A DNA stretch of 64,000 nucleotides from Thermoprotei archaeon (lineage in GTDB: Archaea > Thermoproteota > Thermoprotei > Thermoproteales > B15-G16): the NCBI GenBank assembly GCA_003649205.1, contig QMRC01000002.1, positions 20,770-84,769 on the forward strand, in the 5' to 3' direction. Position 1 is the stretch's first letter; the number at the start of each line of letters is the position of its first letter. Below, piece after piece: positions 28,706 through 37,756 of this stretch. The notes beneath the pieces were generated by a model. It saw only the letters and a program-made list of their open reading frames with translations, made no database searches and was not told where the DNA came from. The translations under genes and the position numbers were made by a program.

Positions 28706-29275
28706 CTAGGTAATCTTAACCGTGAACGATACGCCAGCAGGATCTAGCTGAAGAACTGTAGTCAAGTACCTCTGAAAGTCCATGACACACCTGAGGTACT
28801 CAGCAAATACGTAAAGTCTAGGCCAGAGAACATTATGAGCAAGTACCAAGCTACCTCGAAGCAACTTACCTTCAGCGCACTTCAAGTAATCTAGATACTC
28901 CTCCTTCTTAGCGTCGAGAAAGAGCAGAGCTATGGGACGTATCAAGGCCTTCAGAATGTACTTAACATCACCACGAACAACATCAATAAATACGTCAAGA
29001 CCAAGCTCACGAGCTTTAGCTCTCAAGAACTTCAACTTCTCCCTACACACCTCAATACCCAGAACCCTACCAAGACCACCAGTGGAGACACCTAATGCGA
29101 GAAACAACGTAGAAACACCGTAACCAGCACCAACATCAACAATCAATCCTCGACACCCACGTAGTATAGCAGCACAGCAAAGGAACACACCAGTACTCGG
29201 AGGTACAGGACTACCTCTGCGACTACAGACTTCAGCATAGTAATCAATCAACTTCTGAAGAACCTCACGAAACAT
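28706..29275 (-). CDS. Class I SAM-dependent (O-)methyltransferase
   Basis: SAM-binding motif LIVDVGAGYGVSTLFLA. Its size and layout resemble O-methyltransferase family 3. It abuts the asparaginase gene. Confidence 0.65.
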   Translation of the reverse strand: MFREVLQKLIDYYAEVCSRRGSPVPPSTGVFLCCAAILRGCRGLIVDVGAGYGVSTLFLALGVSTGGLGRVLGIEVCREKLKFLRAKARELGLDVFIDVVRGDVKYILKALIRPIALLFLDAKKEEYLDYLKCAEGKLLRGSLVLAHNVLWPRLYVFAEYLRCVMDFQRYLTTVLQLDPAGVSFTVKIT

Positions 29276-29616
29276 ACCTGGTTAGAGAAACGAGGAGGTA
29301 CTAATGTCAATTACTCACATACAAAATTCAAGCGATTTTAACTTCCATGATCGTAGATAAACACCACAGTAAACCTTAGAGTAGGGAGAATCCATGAGGA
29401 AATGCCTGACGTAGTGTCTACAACTGTTAGAAAGCTTATGAGAAGAGCACTGTACTAAGCATCTTCTACATACTTCTCTGGATTGCTAGAGGGAACACAC
29501 TACTTAAGGTAGTTCTGGTCTTAGCATTCCTCGTAGTTGTAGCTACGTTCTTCAATCACCTACTTAGACCTCTAATTCACATAGGAGAGGTACGGCACCT
29601 CTTACTCAGTAGACCA

Positions 29617-29937
29617 GTGCCAAAAGTACGCTACCTTAAGCTCACGAGCTTCATAGTGAGCGTCTTCGGTCTAAGCGCTATTACTGCGGTAATCCTACAT
29701 TTAGAGTACTACGCTACTATCTTCGGTATAGTCGCAACAGCACTAGCAGTAGCTATACTCTTGACTCTCTACCTACGGTCACGTAACTTAGCTGATGTAC
29801 CTGAGTTCATAGCTACAGCCGCATTAGTGATAGCAGTCATCCTCTACCTGGTAACTCCAGGAATGGTCTTACCTGCAGTAACCCTACTATTTGCTACTGC
29901 GTCACTAATCTCGTGGTGGTATTTCTGGAGAATGTGA
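29617..29937 (+). CDS. Small integral membrane protein (3 TM)
   Basis: 106-aa hydrophobic ORF whose stop overlaps the start of the next gene. Confidence 0.5.
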   Translation: MPKVRYLKLTSFIVSVFGLSAITAVILHLEYYATIFGIVATALAVAILLTLYLRSRNLADVPEFIATAALVIAVILYLVTPGMVLPAVTLLFATASLISWWYFWRM

Positions 29938-30239
29938 AGAAGTTACTTGAGTACAGGGAAGTAGTGAATCCATATAGATTAGCGATACTAGTAGCTGTGT
30001 ACATCTCAGGAAAATTGACATTCACTGATCTGTCCAAGCTAGTTAACCTAAGTAAAGCAAATCTAGATTACCACCTCAAGGTATTGGAGAGAAGTAACCT
30101 CATTCAGCGGAGAAAGTACATCACAGTGCTAGGACCTAGAACCTTCATAGTGTTAACGGAGAAGGGTAGGAGAGTCGTGAAGGAGCTAATCAAGTTATTT
30201 AAGGACTTAAGTTCATCAATGCAGTACTGTGAAGGTTAG
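29934..30239 (+). CDS. ArsR/PadR-like winged-helix transcriptional regulator
   Basis: NPYRLAILVAVYISGKLTFTDLSKLVNLSKANLDYHLKVLERSNLI. The GTG at 29934 overlaps the upstream TGA (GTGA). Confidence 0.65.
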   Translation: MKKLLEYREVVNPYRLAILVAVYISGKLTFTDLSKLVNLSKANLDYHLKVLERSNLIQRRKYITVLGPRTFIVLTEKGRRVVKELIKLFKDLSSSMQYCEG

Positions 30240-31171
30240 GAGTATGTACAGTTACATCGTACATTAGACCAATTGCTATCTCTCGTACCAGGGTACAGAC
30301 CCAACCTCCTCCACATATCTAGAGTCTCCTTACACAATGCATACTCAACACCGTAACTCCTAACGATGTCAATAATCAGTGAGTAAATCCTAAACCTCTC
30401 TTCTGGATCCACAACAAGACCCCAACCTTCCCACTTTCTCAAGTACTTCATCCACGAAGAATCCTCGTAGAGACCTCTCCTAATAGCAGCTACGACACGA
30501 GGTGTAGCTCTCAGTGTACCTACAGTAACTCTCTTCAACTCATCAACATAGCTAAGGAACCAATGAAGGAAATCACCGTAATACCTCTCCCATCCAGGTA
30601 CAGGAATAACAGGATCTAACCTCACTCTCACCTCAAAACCTCTCTTAGCTAAGGACTTAAGAGCACATACCCTATCCTGAGGACTAGGAGCAGCTCTCTC
30701 ATACAACCTAGCAACTTCGGGTGCATTCAAGCTATACGATACAACTACGACCTCTCTACACCTATCATTGAGCTTCAGGAGCTTCTCAATTACAGTGCTC
30801 TTAGTCACGAAGAGTAACCTATACTCAACACCGTACTCCACATTCAGTTCATGAACTGTCTTCGCTAAGAAGTGTGAGAGAGGTGGATCTAGGCTCTCAG
30901 CAGCTAAGCTATCAGCTAGTTCACCAGCATTCAACATCACCTCCCGTAGACTAGAGCTACACTTCCTGTAGAACTTCTCTAGACACCTCCTAAGCTCAGG
31001 GTATGGAGCTAGCTTGAGGACACCAGGAACCCTACCGTAAGCTCTCATGTAGCAGTACAGACAGTTATGAGGGCACCCTACACCCCACTTAAGTACGTAG
31101 TGAGGAGGACAAACGACAGGAGAGAACCTATATTCCTCAACCCTAGGCCTATAGCTGAAGACCAATTTCAT
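30236..31171 (-). CDS. Radical SAM protein, SplB-like (DNA photolyase-like COG1533 type)
   Basis: Cluster motif GCPHNCLYCYMRAY near the N-terminus. Length of 311 aa is typical of the family. Confidence 0.55.
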   Translation of the reverse strand: MKLVFSYRPRVEEYRFSPVVCPPHYVLKWGVGCPHNCLYCYMRAYGRVPGVLKLAPYPELRRCLEKFYRKCSSSLREVMLNAGELADSLAAESLDPPLSHFLAKTVHELNVEYGVEYRLLFVTKSTVIEKLLKLNDRCREVVVVSYSLNAPEVARLYERAAPSPQDRVCALKSLAKRGFEVRVRLDPVIPVPGWERYYGDFLHWFLSYVDELKRVTVGTLRATPRVVAAIRRGLYEDSSWMKYLRKWEGWGLVVDPEERFRIYSLIIDIVRSYGVEYALCKETLDMWRRLGLYPGTRDSNWSNVRCNCTYS

Positions 31172-31203
31172 ACCCGTAACAATCCTCTAAACAACTCAAG
31201 AAC

Positions 31204-32001
31204 TTAATCACCTATACTCAACGTATCCCCACAAAGCAATTCAATCACCTTACTACCAAAGACCTTACGACATACCTCAATACCAACATCACCACTACAG
31301 TGCAGTGGACAAATAGCACCCGTAAACTCTCTTAACTTCAACACCTTCTGCTTAGCAATCTCAGGAGTACCGTACACGAGATGGAGACCACCAATGAGAT
31401 AAGTAACCTCATCCCTACCAAGTACCTGCGAAACAACACCTCTCAAATCCTCTACATTATAGTGAAAACAACCTGTAATCAAGACCGTAGTACCTGAACT
31501 CAACTCAATTAATATAGGAATCTCGAGTAAGTTAGGTTCATCCGTTAGAAGAGGTCTCAGCACGAAGAAACCAGGCATTAACTCAGTACTTCCCTTAATC
31601 CTCGTTACCACCTCACGACTAGAGATGCCCTGTCTCCTAAGTACTTCACCAGCTCTAGACGTCAGTATAGGACCATACACCCTCGCACCTGGACATATAG
31701 ACGTTACGAGCTTTGGTAAAGCACCATAGTGATCGATGTGCCAGTGAGTAATGACAATGGTAGATACCTTACTGAGATCTACATCTAGAACACTAGCATT
31801 ATGCGTTAAATTCCTCCAATCACGACTAGTGTCGACAAGTACGTACTCACTACAACTATCGTACTCAAGATCTAGAAATAGCGCTAAACCTACAGCTCCT
31901 GGATGTGTAGATCCTCTAAACTCAGTTCTCAACCTACTGTGCCTCGCTCTATAATCGACTAGTACAGTTAATTTCACACTACGAGGTTTCTCACTCATCA
32001 C
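31204..32001 (-). CDS. Metallo-beta-lactamase fold hydrolase
   Basis: HxHxDH motif ITHWHIDHYG, plus downstream His/Asp positions (GCFH, LHCSG). Confidence 0.8.
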   Translation of the reverse strand: MMSEKPRSVKLTVLVDYRARHSRLRTEFRGSTHPGAVGLALFLDLEYDSCSEYVLVDTSRDWRNLTHNASVLDVDLSKVSTIVITHWHIDHYGALPKLVTSICPGARVYGPILTSRAGEVLRRQGISSREVVTRIKGSTELMPGFFVLRPLLTDEPNLLEIPILIELSSGTTVLITGCFHYNVEDLRGVVSQVLGRDEVTYLIGGLHLVYGTPEIAKQKVLKLREFTGAICPLHCSGDVGIEVCRKVFGSKVIELLCGDTLSIGD

Positions 32002-32078
32002 TAAATCAACGAGCCTCAGGTACTTAGCACTTCACTAAAGACGTAAAGTTTTAACTACAGTCAAGGAAACTTTACATC

Positions 32079-32486
32079 ATGGGTGCCTCAATGGAAGGTA
32101 GGAGAATGATGTACCTACTCACCATAGCTCTAGGAGCAGTGCTAGGAGTGTTGATCGCCTTGAAAATGTATGTACTGTTCCTAGTGACCTTTGCTCTGGG
32201 TCTCGTACTACGCCATGCATTGGAGAGGTACTTCAGGAAGAGAGGTGAGGTACTGTACGATGAACGTGATTACTTCGTAATGTACAAAGCAGCATACGTA
32301 ACGCTGATGTTCATCTTCGTAGGTCTAGGTCCAGGCATCGCTGTAGTAATTGTACTCAGAGGTTTAGGATTAGTAGCACTAACTGCAGAGCAAGAGCTAG
32401 TTCTGTGTACACTAGCTATCTTAGTATCGATTCAGGTACTCATATACACGATATCGAACTTAATACTTCGTAGACTTCACGGGTAG
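32079..32486 (+). CDS. Membrane protein (4 TM) paired with an XRE regulator
   Basis: 135-aa hydrophobic ORF lying 12 nt upstream of the HTH gene. This is a common small-membrane-protein plus XRE pair. Confidence 0.5.
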   Translation: MGASMEGRRMMYLLTIALGAVLGVLIALKMYVLFLVTFALGLVLRHALERYFRKRGEVLYDERDYFVMYKAAYVTLMFIFVGLGPGIAVVIVLRGLGLVALTAEQELVLCTLAILVSIQVLIYTISNLILRRLHG

Positions 32487-32498
32487 TGGGAGCTAAGT

Positions 32499-32723
32499 AT
32501 GAAAAGTCGTGGAAAGGAGAAGGTAGTAGTACTCCTTAGAGACTACAGGTTACAGAGAGGAATAACACAGGAGGAACTAGCTAAAGCACTTGGAGTTACT
32601 AGGCAAACAATCATAGCGATTGAAAAGGGTAAGTACCTACCCTCACTACCACTAGCACTTAAGATAGCGAAATACTTTGGAGTCCACGTAGAGGATATTT
32701 TCAAACTGATCGAGGAAGAATGA
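32499..32723 (+). CDS. XRE-family helix-turn-helix transcriptional regulator
   Basis: [56 protein letters not shown] is a canonical Cro/C1 HTH. Confidence 0.85.
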   Translation: MKSRGKEKVVVLLRDYRLQRGITQEELAKALGVTRQTIIAIEKGKYLPSLPLALKIAKYFGVHVEDIFKLIEEE

Positions 32724-32980
32724 GGCATGAAGTTGAGAACCTCACTAAGTACTATACTCAACAACTCACTGAGCCTTAGGACTAGTTCTGAAATTATTAA
32801 GTACTTTGCATGATTGAGACCAGTAGCGTAACTAGATGGAAAACCAACTCAAGATCAAAGTTTCACAACATTGCACTCTGGAAATAGACATGAAATGTCA
32901 TGCTTAACTACTGAATGAGAGTAAGCGAAAGTGTACATATGAAAAGCATTATGAAGGATGTAAAATGCGAAAATGAAAAG

Positions 32981-32988
32981 TTTATAAA
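32981..32988 (+). promoter_or_regulatory. BRE/TATA-like promoter element (AAAAG-TTTATAAA)
   Basis: A consensus-like archaeal TATA box preceded by a purine-rich BRE. It lies ~20-25 nt upstream of the GC-rich element that starts at 33005. Confidence 0.5.
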
Positions 32989-33004
32989 TTATGCATAACA
33001 TCAT

Positions 33005-33109
33005 GCACGAGGGCGAGGGGGTAAGGGTCAGCCTCCGAGCCTAGGCCATCTCCCTTGCGGGGTCTCCCTGCTAGGCCGTCATCATCCCCCGAGGAGCCCC
33101 GCCTCGTGC
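33005..33109. ncRNA. Unclassified GC-rich structured RNA candidate (~105 nt)
   Basis: GCACGAGGGCGAGGGG pairs with CCCCGCCTCGTGC to close the element, and there is an internal stem CCTAGGC/GCCTAGG-like. The + strand has an upstream TATA and a downstream T5 run (33143-33147). The - strand carries a C box-like ATGATGA (33079-33085) and a D box CTGA (33028-33031) flanked by the closing stem. The strand is unresolved. Confidence 0.4.
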
Positions 33110-33221
33110 TCTACCCATACCCTCCAAGCTTGCTTAAGTCCTTTTTGCTGAATTAAAGTAACATTTCCTCTGGACTATAGGGCGGGTCTTGGTGTTCTCT
33201 GCCTGTGTTTCATGTCCGCTT

Positions 33222-34002
33222 TTAAGTCCTTGAGAATAGTTTCGACAGGTACTCTGGGTGTTCCTCTAGGTACTTGAGCAGTGCCTCTATTAGCTCTGCG
33301 TACTTCCGTACCTGTTCCTCTTTGCCTAATACCGACGCAATATCTAGAGCTAGACCACAGTACGGACAAAATCTAGCCCCCTGTGTTACCTCCCTATTAC
33401 ACCTCGGGCACTTACGAGTCTGAATATCTGTCTCTGATGTAGTGACAACTATCTCGAATTCGTGCTTGTTCTCACGAACATCACTTACCTTACCTGTCTA
33501 AGCTCCCTCAACCTCAGACCTGTCTCATACAGCACAACGAAAAAGCACTTCCAGTAGGGGTCATGAATCATCTCAATGACCTTTCTCGCTACCTCAGGCT
33601 CAACGTGTCGCCTAACACTGACCTCAACCAAGTCGTACTTAGGTACCTTAACCTCACGGTACACCTGCTCAAAGTAATTAGCTAACTCAACTCTTCTCCT
33701 AGCCCTGTACTAAGCTATGAGGAACCTCAGGAACTTCTTCAATGCTGAAGCATAGCGATTAACAGCAGGTGCCCTACCTTCTCTCCTAGGCTCAGACAGG
33801 TACTACATGATACCCCACTCACACAAGCCCTCGACTCTCTGACCAACGAACCCGAGGTACATACTTGCTCAAGATAGCAGTGAATAATGCTCCACGACAA
33901 ATTCTGAGAAATTAACCAACTCTCAAGTGCTTTAACCAACTCCGTCAGGAGATCTTCGTCATACATCTGGTAAGTAGGACTACTAGGCATGAATCCCTTC
34001 AC
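33222..34002 (-). pseudogene. Tyrosine-recombinase (integrase)-like gene relic with zinc-ribbon tail
   Basis: Three frames have to be joined. The pieces are an N-terminal SAM-like part (ELVKALESWLISQNLSWSIIHCYLEQV), a middle part with two in-frame TAG stops (..AVNRYASALKKFLRFLIA*YRARRR...FVVLYETGLRLRELRQ, the box I arginine context), and KCPRCNREVTQGARFCPYCG. The box II/catalytic Tyr region is absent. Confidence 0.55.
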
Positions 34003-34012
34003 GAGAACTTAA

Positions 34013-34064
34013 TCAGTCGGAGTCACCTTCTTCACCATTCCGTAATGCGCGAAACCCTCATCAC
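34013..34064 (-). ncRNA. C/D box sRNA candidate
   Basis: The minus strand reads GTGATGA-GGGTTTCGCGCA-TTAC-GGAATG-GTGAAGA-AGGTGACTCCGA-CTGA. Confidence 0.7.
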
Positions 34065-34178
34065 CTAGCTAGATCACGAATTGTAGTGTAAAAACCTATC
34101 GTAGTCCCAACTCCTTCTAGTCACGATAGATGGATAGATATTAGGGTGTGTGTAGTTAATTTAACTGGAGATGTCTTA

Positions 34179-34673
34179 ATGAGTTTGTCCGAGAAGTTTC
34201 TCAATAAGTCATTAAGAGAGTTGTTGGAGGAACATCCTGAGGTAGTTATTCCTACAGTTTACGTTCACGAAAGAACGAAGCTCAGTGATGTAGTGTCACT
34301 ACTACTGTCATCGGAGGTAGAGCTAGTTGTCGTAACTGATAATCAGGGTAGACCTAGAGGTATCATAGCTGATCACGATATTCTCCGACTAGTTGAACCA
34401 GGGAGGAGAGCGCTATTCTCACTATCATCAATGAGGAGAAGACACTTCAGATACCACCCAGATCTCTCAGCTGCAGATGTAATGGAGAGAAATCCACCAA
34501 CCCTACACTACAGTGATCGAGTTAGGGATCTCCTAGATGTTATAACACATCACAGAGTAAATTACGTAATAGTTGTCGACGATGTTGGTAGACCAGTGGG
34601 TGTAGTGTCCTCTAGACACGTAACTAGAGGAGTCTTAAGTAGATTGAGGGAACCTGAAGAAGCGAGTTACTGA
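34179..34673 (+). CDS. CBS-domain pair protein
   Basis: Two CBS repeats (VVTDNQGRPRGIIADHDILR and VVDDVGRPVGVVSSRHV). The ATG at 34179 is preferred over the GTG at 34146. Confidence 0.8.
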   Translation: MSLSEKFLNKSLRELLEEHPEVVIPTVYVHERTKLSDVVSLLLSSEVELVVVTDNQGRPRGIIADHDILRLVEPGRRALFSLSSMRRRHFRYHPDLSAADVMERNPPTLHYSDRVRDLLDVITHHRVNYVIVVDDVGRPVGVVSSRHVTRGVLSRLREPEEASY

Positions 34674-36055
34674 TCTCCCTTCCACTTCCTAGCTACCTCA
34701 ATGAGTTTACGCACAACATCTCCTGCATCTTTGCCGAAGATGTATATGTGAGGTTCCTTACCCCAATCACCATAGTCAATTACCGCATCAGGTACGTACC
34801 CCACCTTCTTGATAGCTGTCTCGATACCCCAAGGTATTGAAGCACCCTCAGTAGCCTTAACATGCTCTGGTTCCTCTGCTCTATTGAATGACGATATTCT
34901 GTAGCCTAACTCCTTAAGCACCCTCACCAACTCCTCACAGTACACTATATTCGCACAGGACCTAACTTCAGGATTGAACTTCATAGCTGTTAAAACAGCT
35001 CTAGCAACGTGCCTAGAAGCACCGAAGTCAGGAGCTGAAACAGCTTTAACTCTACCACCAACCCTAACAATCCTACCTGGAATACCGACAACATCCTGAA
35101 TAGACTTAGCGTACGGATGAGGTAAAGCTTCAACTAAGTTCATTTGGACCTCTGGTACGAGACAAGAGACAACATCACCGTATCTCTCCAAAAGCTCAAC
35201 AGCACACTTAACACTACACAAAACTCTGTACCTCAGAGCATCCCTCTCAAGAGGAGCAAGAACATTAACAACACTATACTCGGTACCTAAGGCAATAGGG
35301 TATGAGTACTGTATCATCGTGTCGAGGAGAGAAGTACTAGCCTCAACAGCATCGACAACACCCATACCCTTAGCTAAGTGACTAGCTACTAGCGAAGACA
35401 AGACACAACCAATTCCATGAAACTTCACACCTACCCTAGTATGTTCGAAGAACTTAACAACACCACTACCCCTATCGTAGAGAACATCAATTACCTTCGA
35501 CGAAGTAGGTAAATGACCACCCTTAATCAAAACAGCTCTAGGCCCTAACTCCGTCAAGTACTTAGCAACCTCAACCACATCATCAATACCCTCAATAGAT
35601 CTACCCGACAACAACTCCGCCTCCTCAATATTTGGTGTCAGCACGGTAATGTAGCTACCCAACTCCCTCAGTAAGTATTGAAGAACTTCAAGAGGTGTCA
35701 AAGTAGTACCATCCCTAGCTCTGTGAATTGGATCAACAACGAGAGGACACTTCAGCTCAGTTACCAGATCACGAACAAGATCAACACAGTGCCTAGACCT
35801 AATTACACCAACCTTAATACACTTAATTTCGAGGCACTTAGTCACTGAATTAACTATTTCTCTTTGGACCTTATGATCAACATCATAGACAGCATACACC
35901 CTATCGAGGTCCTGAACAACAATACACGTTGGAACCACAACTGCGTAAACACCAACAATCCTACACGTAAGTACATCAGCTACATAACCAGCACCACAAC
36001 TAGGATCAAAACCAGCAACTACGAGAACAGTAGGTACATTCAAAGTAATCACCAC
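34667..36055 (-). CDS. thiDN: Bifunctional ThiD (HMP/HMP-P kinase) + ThiN (thiamine-phosphate synthase)
   Basis: The N-terminal ThiD pattern is VLVVAGFDPSCGAGYVADV ... LTPNIEEAELL ... LIKGGH. A ~200-aa C-terminal domain follows, as in archaeal ThiDN fusions. Confidence 0.85.
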   Translation of the reverse strand: MVITLNVPTVLVVAGFDPSCGAGYVADVLTCRIVGVYAVVVPTCIVVQDLDRVYAVYDVDHKVQREIVNSVTKCLEIKCIKVGVIRSRHCVDLVRDLVTELKCPLVVDPIHRARDGTTLTPLEVLQYLLRELGSYITVLTPNIEEAELLSGRSIEGIDDVVEVAKYLTELGPRAVLIKGGHLPTSSKVIDVLYDRGSGVVKFFEHTRVGVKFHGIGCVLSSLVASHLAKGMGVVDAVEASTSLLDTMIQYSYPIALGTEYSVVNVLAPLERDALRYRVLCSVKCAVELLERYGDVVSCLVPEVQMNLVEALPHPYAKSIQDVVGIPGRIVRVGGRVKAVSAPDFGASRHVARAVLTAMKFNPEVRSCANIVYCEELVRVLKELGYRISSFNRAEEPEHVKATEGASIPWGIETAIKKVGYVPDAVIDYGDWGKEPHIYIFGKDAGDVVRKLIEVARKWKGDQ

Positions 36056-36116
36056 ACTACAGCTCTAAAGTAGGTGAACTACGAGATTGGTGTGAGAACA
36101 GATATAAATAGGAGGT

Positions 36117-36180
36117 GTCAGCCGGGAGTGACCCGCAACCCCTCACTCTGCCGCATTAAGCGGCTGTCAGGAGCGGCGTG
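36117..36180. ncRNA. GC-rich element with alternative pairings next to a bidirectional TATA box
   Basis: GTCAGCCGGGAGTGACCCGCAACCCCTCACTCTGCCGCATTAAGCGGCTGTCAGGAGCGGCGTG contains the hairpins GAGTGA/TCACTC and GCCGC/GCGGC, plus the competing long-range pairing CAGCCG/CGGCTG. The TATA-like ATATAAAT at 36102-36109 could drive it on the + strand. Confidence 0.3.
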
Positions 36181-36528
36181 TATACAGTGTATTGAGGACC
36201 TTAAATACTTTACGCGCTACTGAAATATTGACCTAAAAATTTATTTAGTGTTTAGACAAGTAAGGAATCGACGTCTAGGTGATTACTCGATGGATCAACG
36301 TAGCGTATTCGGCACTGACTTGAACTTAGGTAAGGAACTCAAACTTCTGGATTACAGATACAACACCGCCAAGAGGAACTGTGATAGAGTCATAAGATGT
36401 GATGTTGAGGACTGCATAGTTGAGAAAACCTCCTAACAACGCTACCCCTGAAACGTAGCTAACTACCACACTGCAGCCATGGAAAAAGTGAGGTTTAAGT
36501 CTCGAGTAGAGTGTAGTCTTGAGCAGAT

Positions 36529-36999
36529 ATGTCTAGTATAGCGGACTTAGTTAGTAACTACGTACGGTACGTAGTGCTCGAAACGTACGCACACGCTACT
36601 GAGAGCTTAGATAAGGTTAAGCAAGCATTCATCAACGTACTTCCTGAAGAACTAAGGTCTAGAGTACCCATCGTCTACGAGGTACAGGAAGGACACTACG
36701 GTAATATAGTGATCATAGTAAGAACCTTCATAGATAGGAAGGACTACATAACGATGCTCATAGAGTACCTATCTAAGTCCATGAGCAGTACCGACAAGAA
36801 CCAGCTAGGTAGTAGCCTCCGGATAAGAGTTGATGCTGCTGGTAACCTATACCTGAGATTTGATAAGCAATTAGCCTATCGTGGTATTGTGAAGTTATGT
36901 GATGGTGATGACGTTATCAAGATCAAGATCTCGTTCAATCTTAGAGCTAAGAAGTATGGTATTGATAAGCTCTGTAAGGAGTTGGGACTAATTGAGTAG
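36529..36999 (+). CDS. DUF54/COG1325-type RNA-binding protein (exosome-superoperon associated)
   Basis: 156 aa. The N-terminal ETYAHATESLDKVKQAFINVLPEE matches the h-p-TE-d-x-KV..al.nl.p pattern of this family. It sits directly upstream of Rpp30, as in other archaea. Confidence 0.55.
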   Translation: MSSIADLVSNYVRYVVLETYAHATESLDKVKQAFINVLPEELRSRVPIVYEVQEGHYGNIVIIVRTFIDRKDYITMLIEYLSKSMSSTDKNQLGSSLRIRVDAAGNLYLRFDKQLAYRGIVKLCDGDDVIKIKISFNLRAKKYGIDKLCKELGLIE

Positions 37000-37756
37000 G
37001 AGAAAATTCGTTGATATTGGTCTTAATCTACGTAACTTCTCTGTTGACATACTTGAGAAACTACTGAGCTTCCTCAAAGGCCTAGGGTACAGTGGCTTCT
37101 CTACTAGGTTGATCGTTCAGTGTGGTGAGGATTTGGGGAAGGTACTTGAGATTAGAGATGTACTGAGGAGCGTCAGTGAACGTGTTGGTCTTGAGTACAT
37201 TTCGAGAGTAGATATTGTTTCGAATAGGAAGGGCTTCATTAAGCTGTGTTTGAGGAGTATTAGGAGATCATTTGAATTGGTTGCTATCGGTACCTCATCT
37301 CTTGAAGTTGCTAGATTCGCAGCTAGGGATAGGAGAGTAGATATCGTCTACTTCACTAGTGGTAGTAGGAGGCTTCTCGATGATGTTGAGTGTAGAATGC
37401 TTAGTGAAGGTGGTAAGCTACTTGAATTATCTCTCTCAAAGCTCTTGCTAGACATTAGTAAGTACTTCGCAACATATAGGTACGTCGTTGAGATGTGTAG
37501 TGAGTACGGTGTCAACATCGTATTTACTAGTGGAGCATCTTCAGTTCACGAGTTGAGAGCACCTAGGGAATTAGCTAGTGTATTAGTAGCTCTCGGTCTA
37601 CCTGTGGAAAGAGCACTAGACGCTGTCTCAGATATTGTGTGGAAAGTTGTTGAGGTTAATAGGAAGAAGTTGAGAGGTATTATCGTTGCTGAAGGGGTTG
37701 AGGTAGTTGGTAAGGAGAAGGAGGAGAAGGTACGTAGTTCTGAAGGTACTGAGTAG
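36992..37756 (+). CDS. rnp3: RNase P protein component 3 (Rpp30)
   Basis: FAARDRRVDIVYF, LELSLSKLL and IVFTSGASSVHELRAPRELASVLVALGL match conserved Rpp30 (PHP-like barrel) blocks. Confidence 0.8.
   Translation: MSRRKFVDIGLNLRNFSVDILEKLLSFLKGLGYSGFSTRLIVQCGEDLGKVLEIRDVLRSVSERVGLEYISRVDIVSNRKGFIKLCLRSIRRSFELVAIGTSSLEVARFAARDRRVDIVYFTSGSRRLLDDVECRMLSEGGKLLELSLSKLLLDISKYFATYRYVVEMCSEYGVNIVFTSGASSVHELRAPRELASVLVALGLPVERALDAVSDIVWKVVEVNRKKLRGIIVAEGVEVVGKEKEEKVRSSEGTE

Noticed and set aside
33005-33109. An intron-containing or split tRNA half, as these are common in Thermoproteales.
   Set aside because: Neither strand has a GTTCRAATC-type T-arm, a D-arm AGCCTGG motif or an acceptor/CCA arrangement.
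36117-36180. TPP riboswitch in the thiDN leader. On the minus strand CCUGACAGCCGCUUAAUGCGGC resembles the ACCUGAUCUGGAUAAUGCCAGC pyrophosphate-sensor helix.
   Set aside because: The best TATA box for thiDN (36102-36109) lies between this element and the gene, so the element would be upstream of the transcription start. The CUGAGA/GGGGUGC half appears in the wrong order. The idea needs an RF00059 scan before it is revived.
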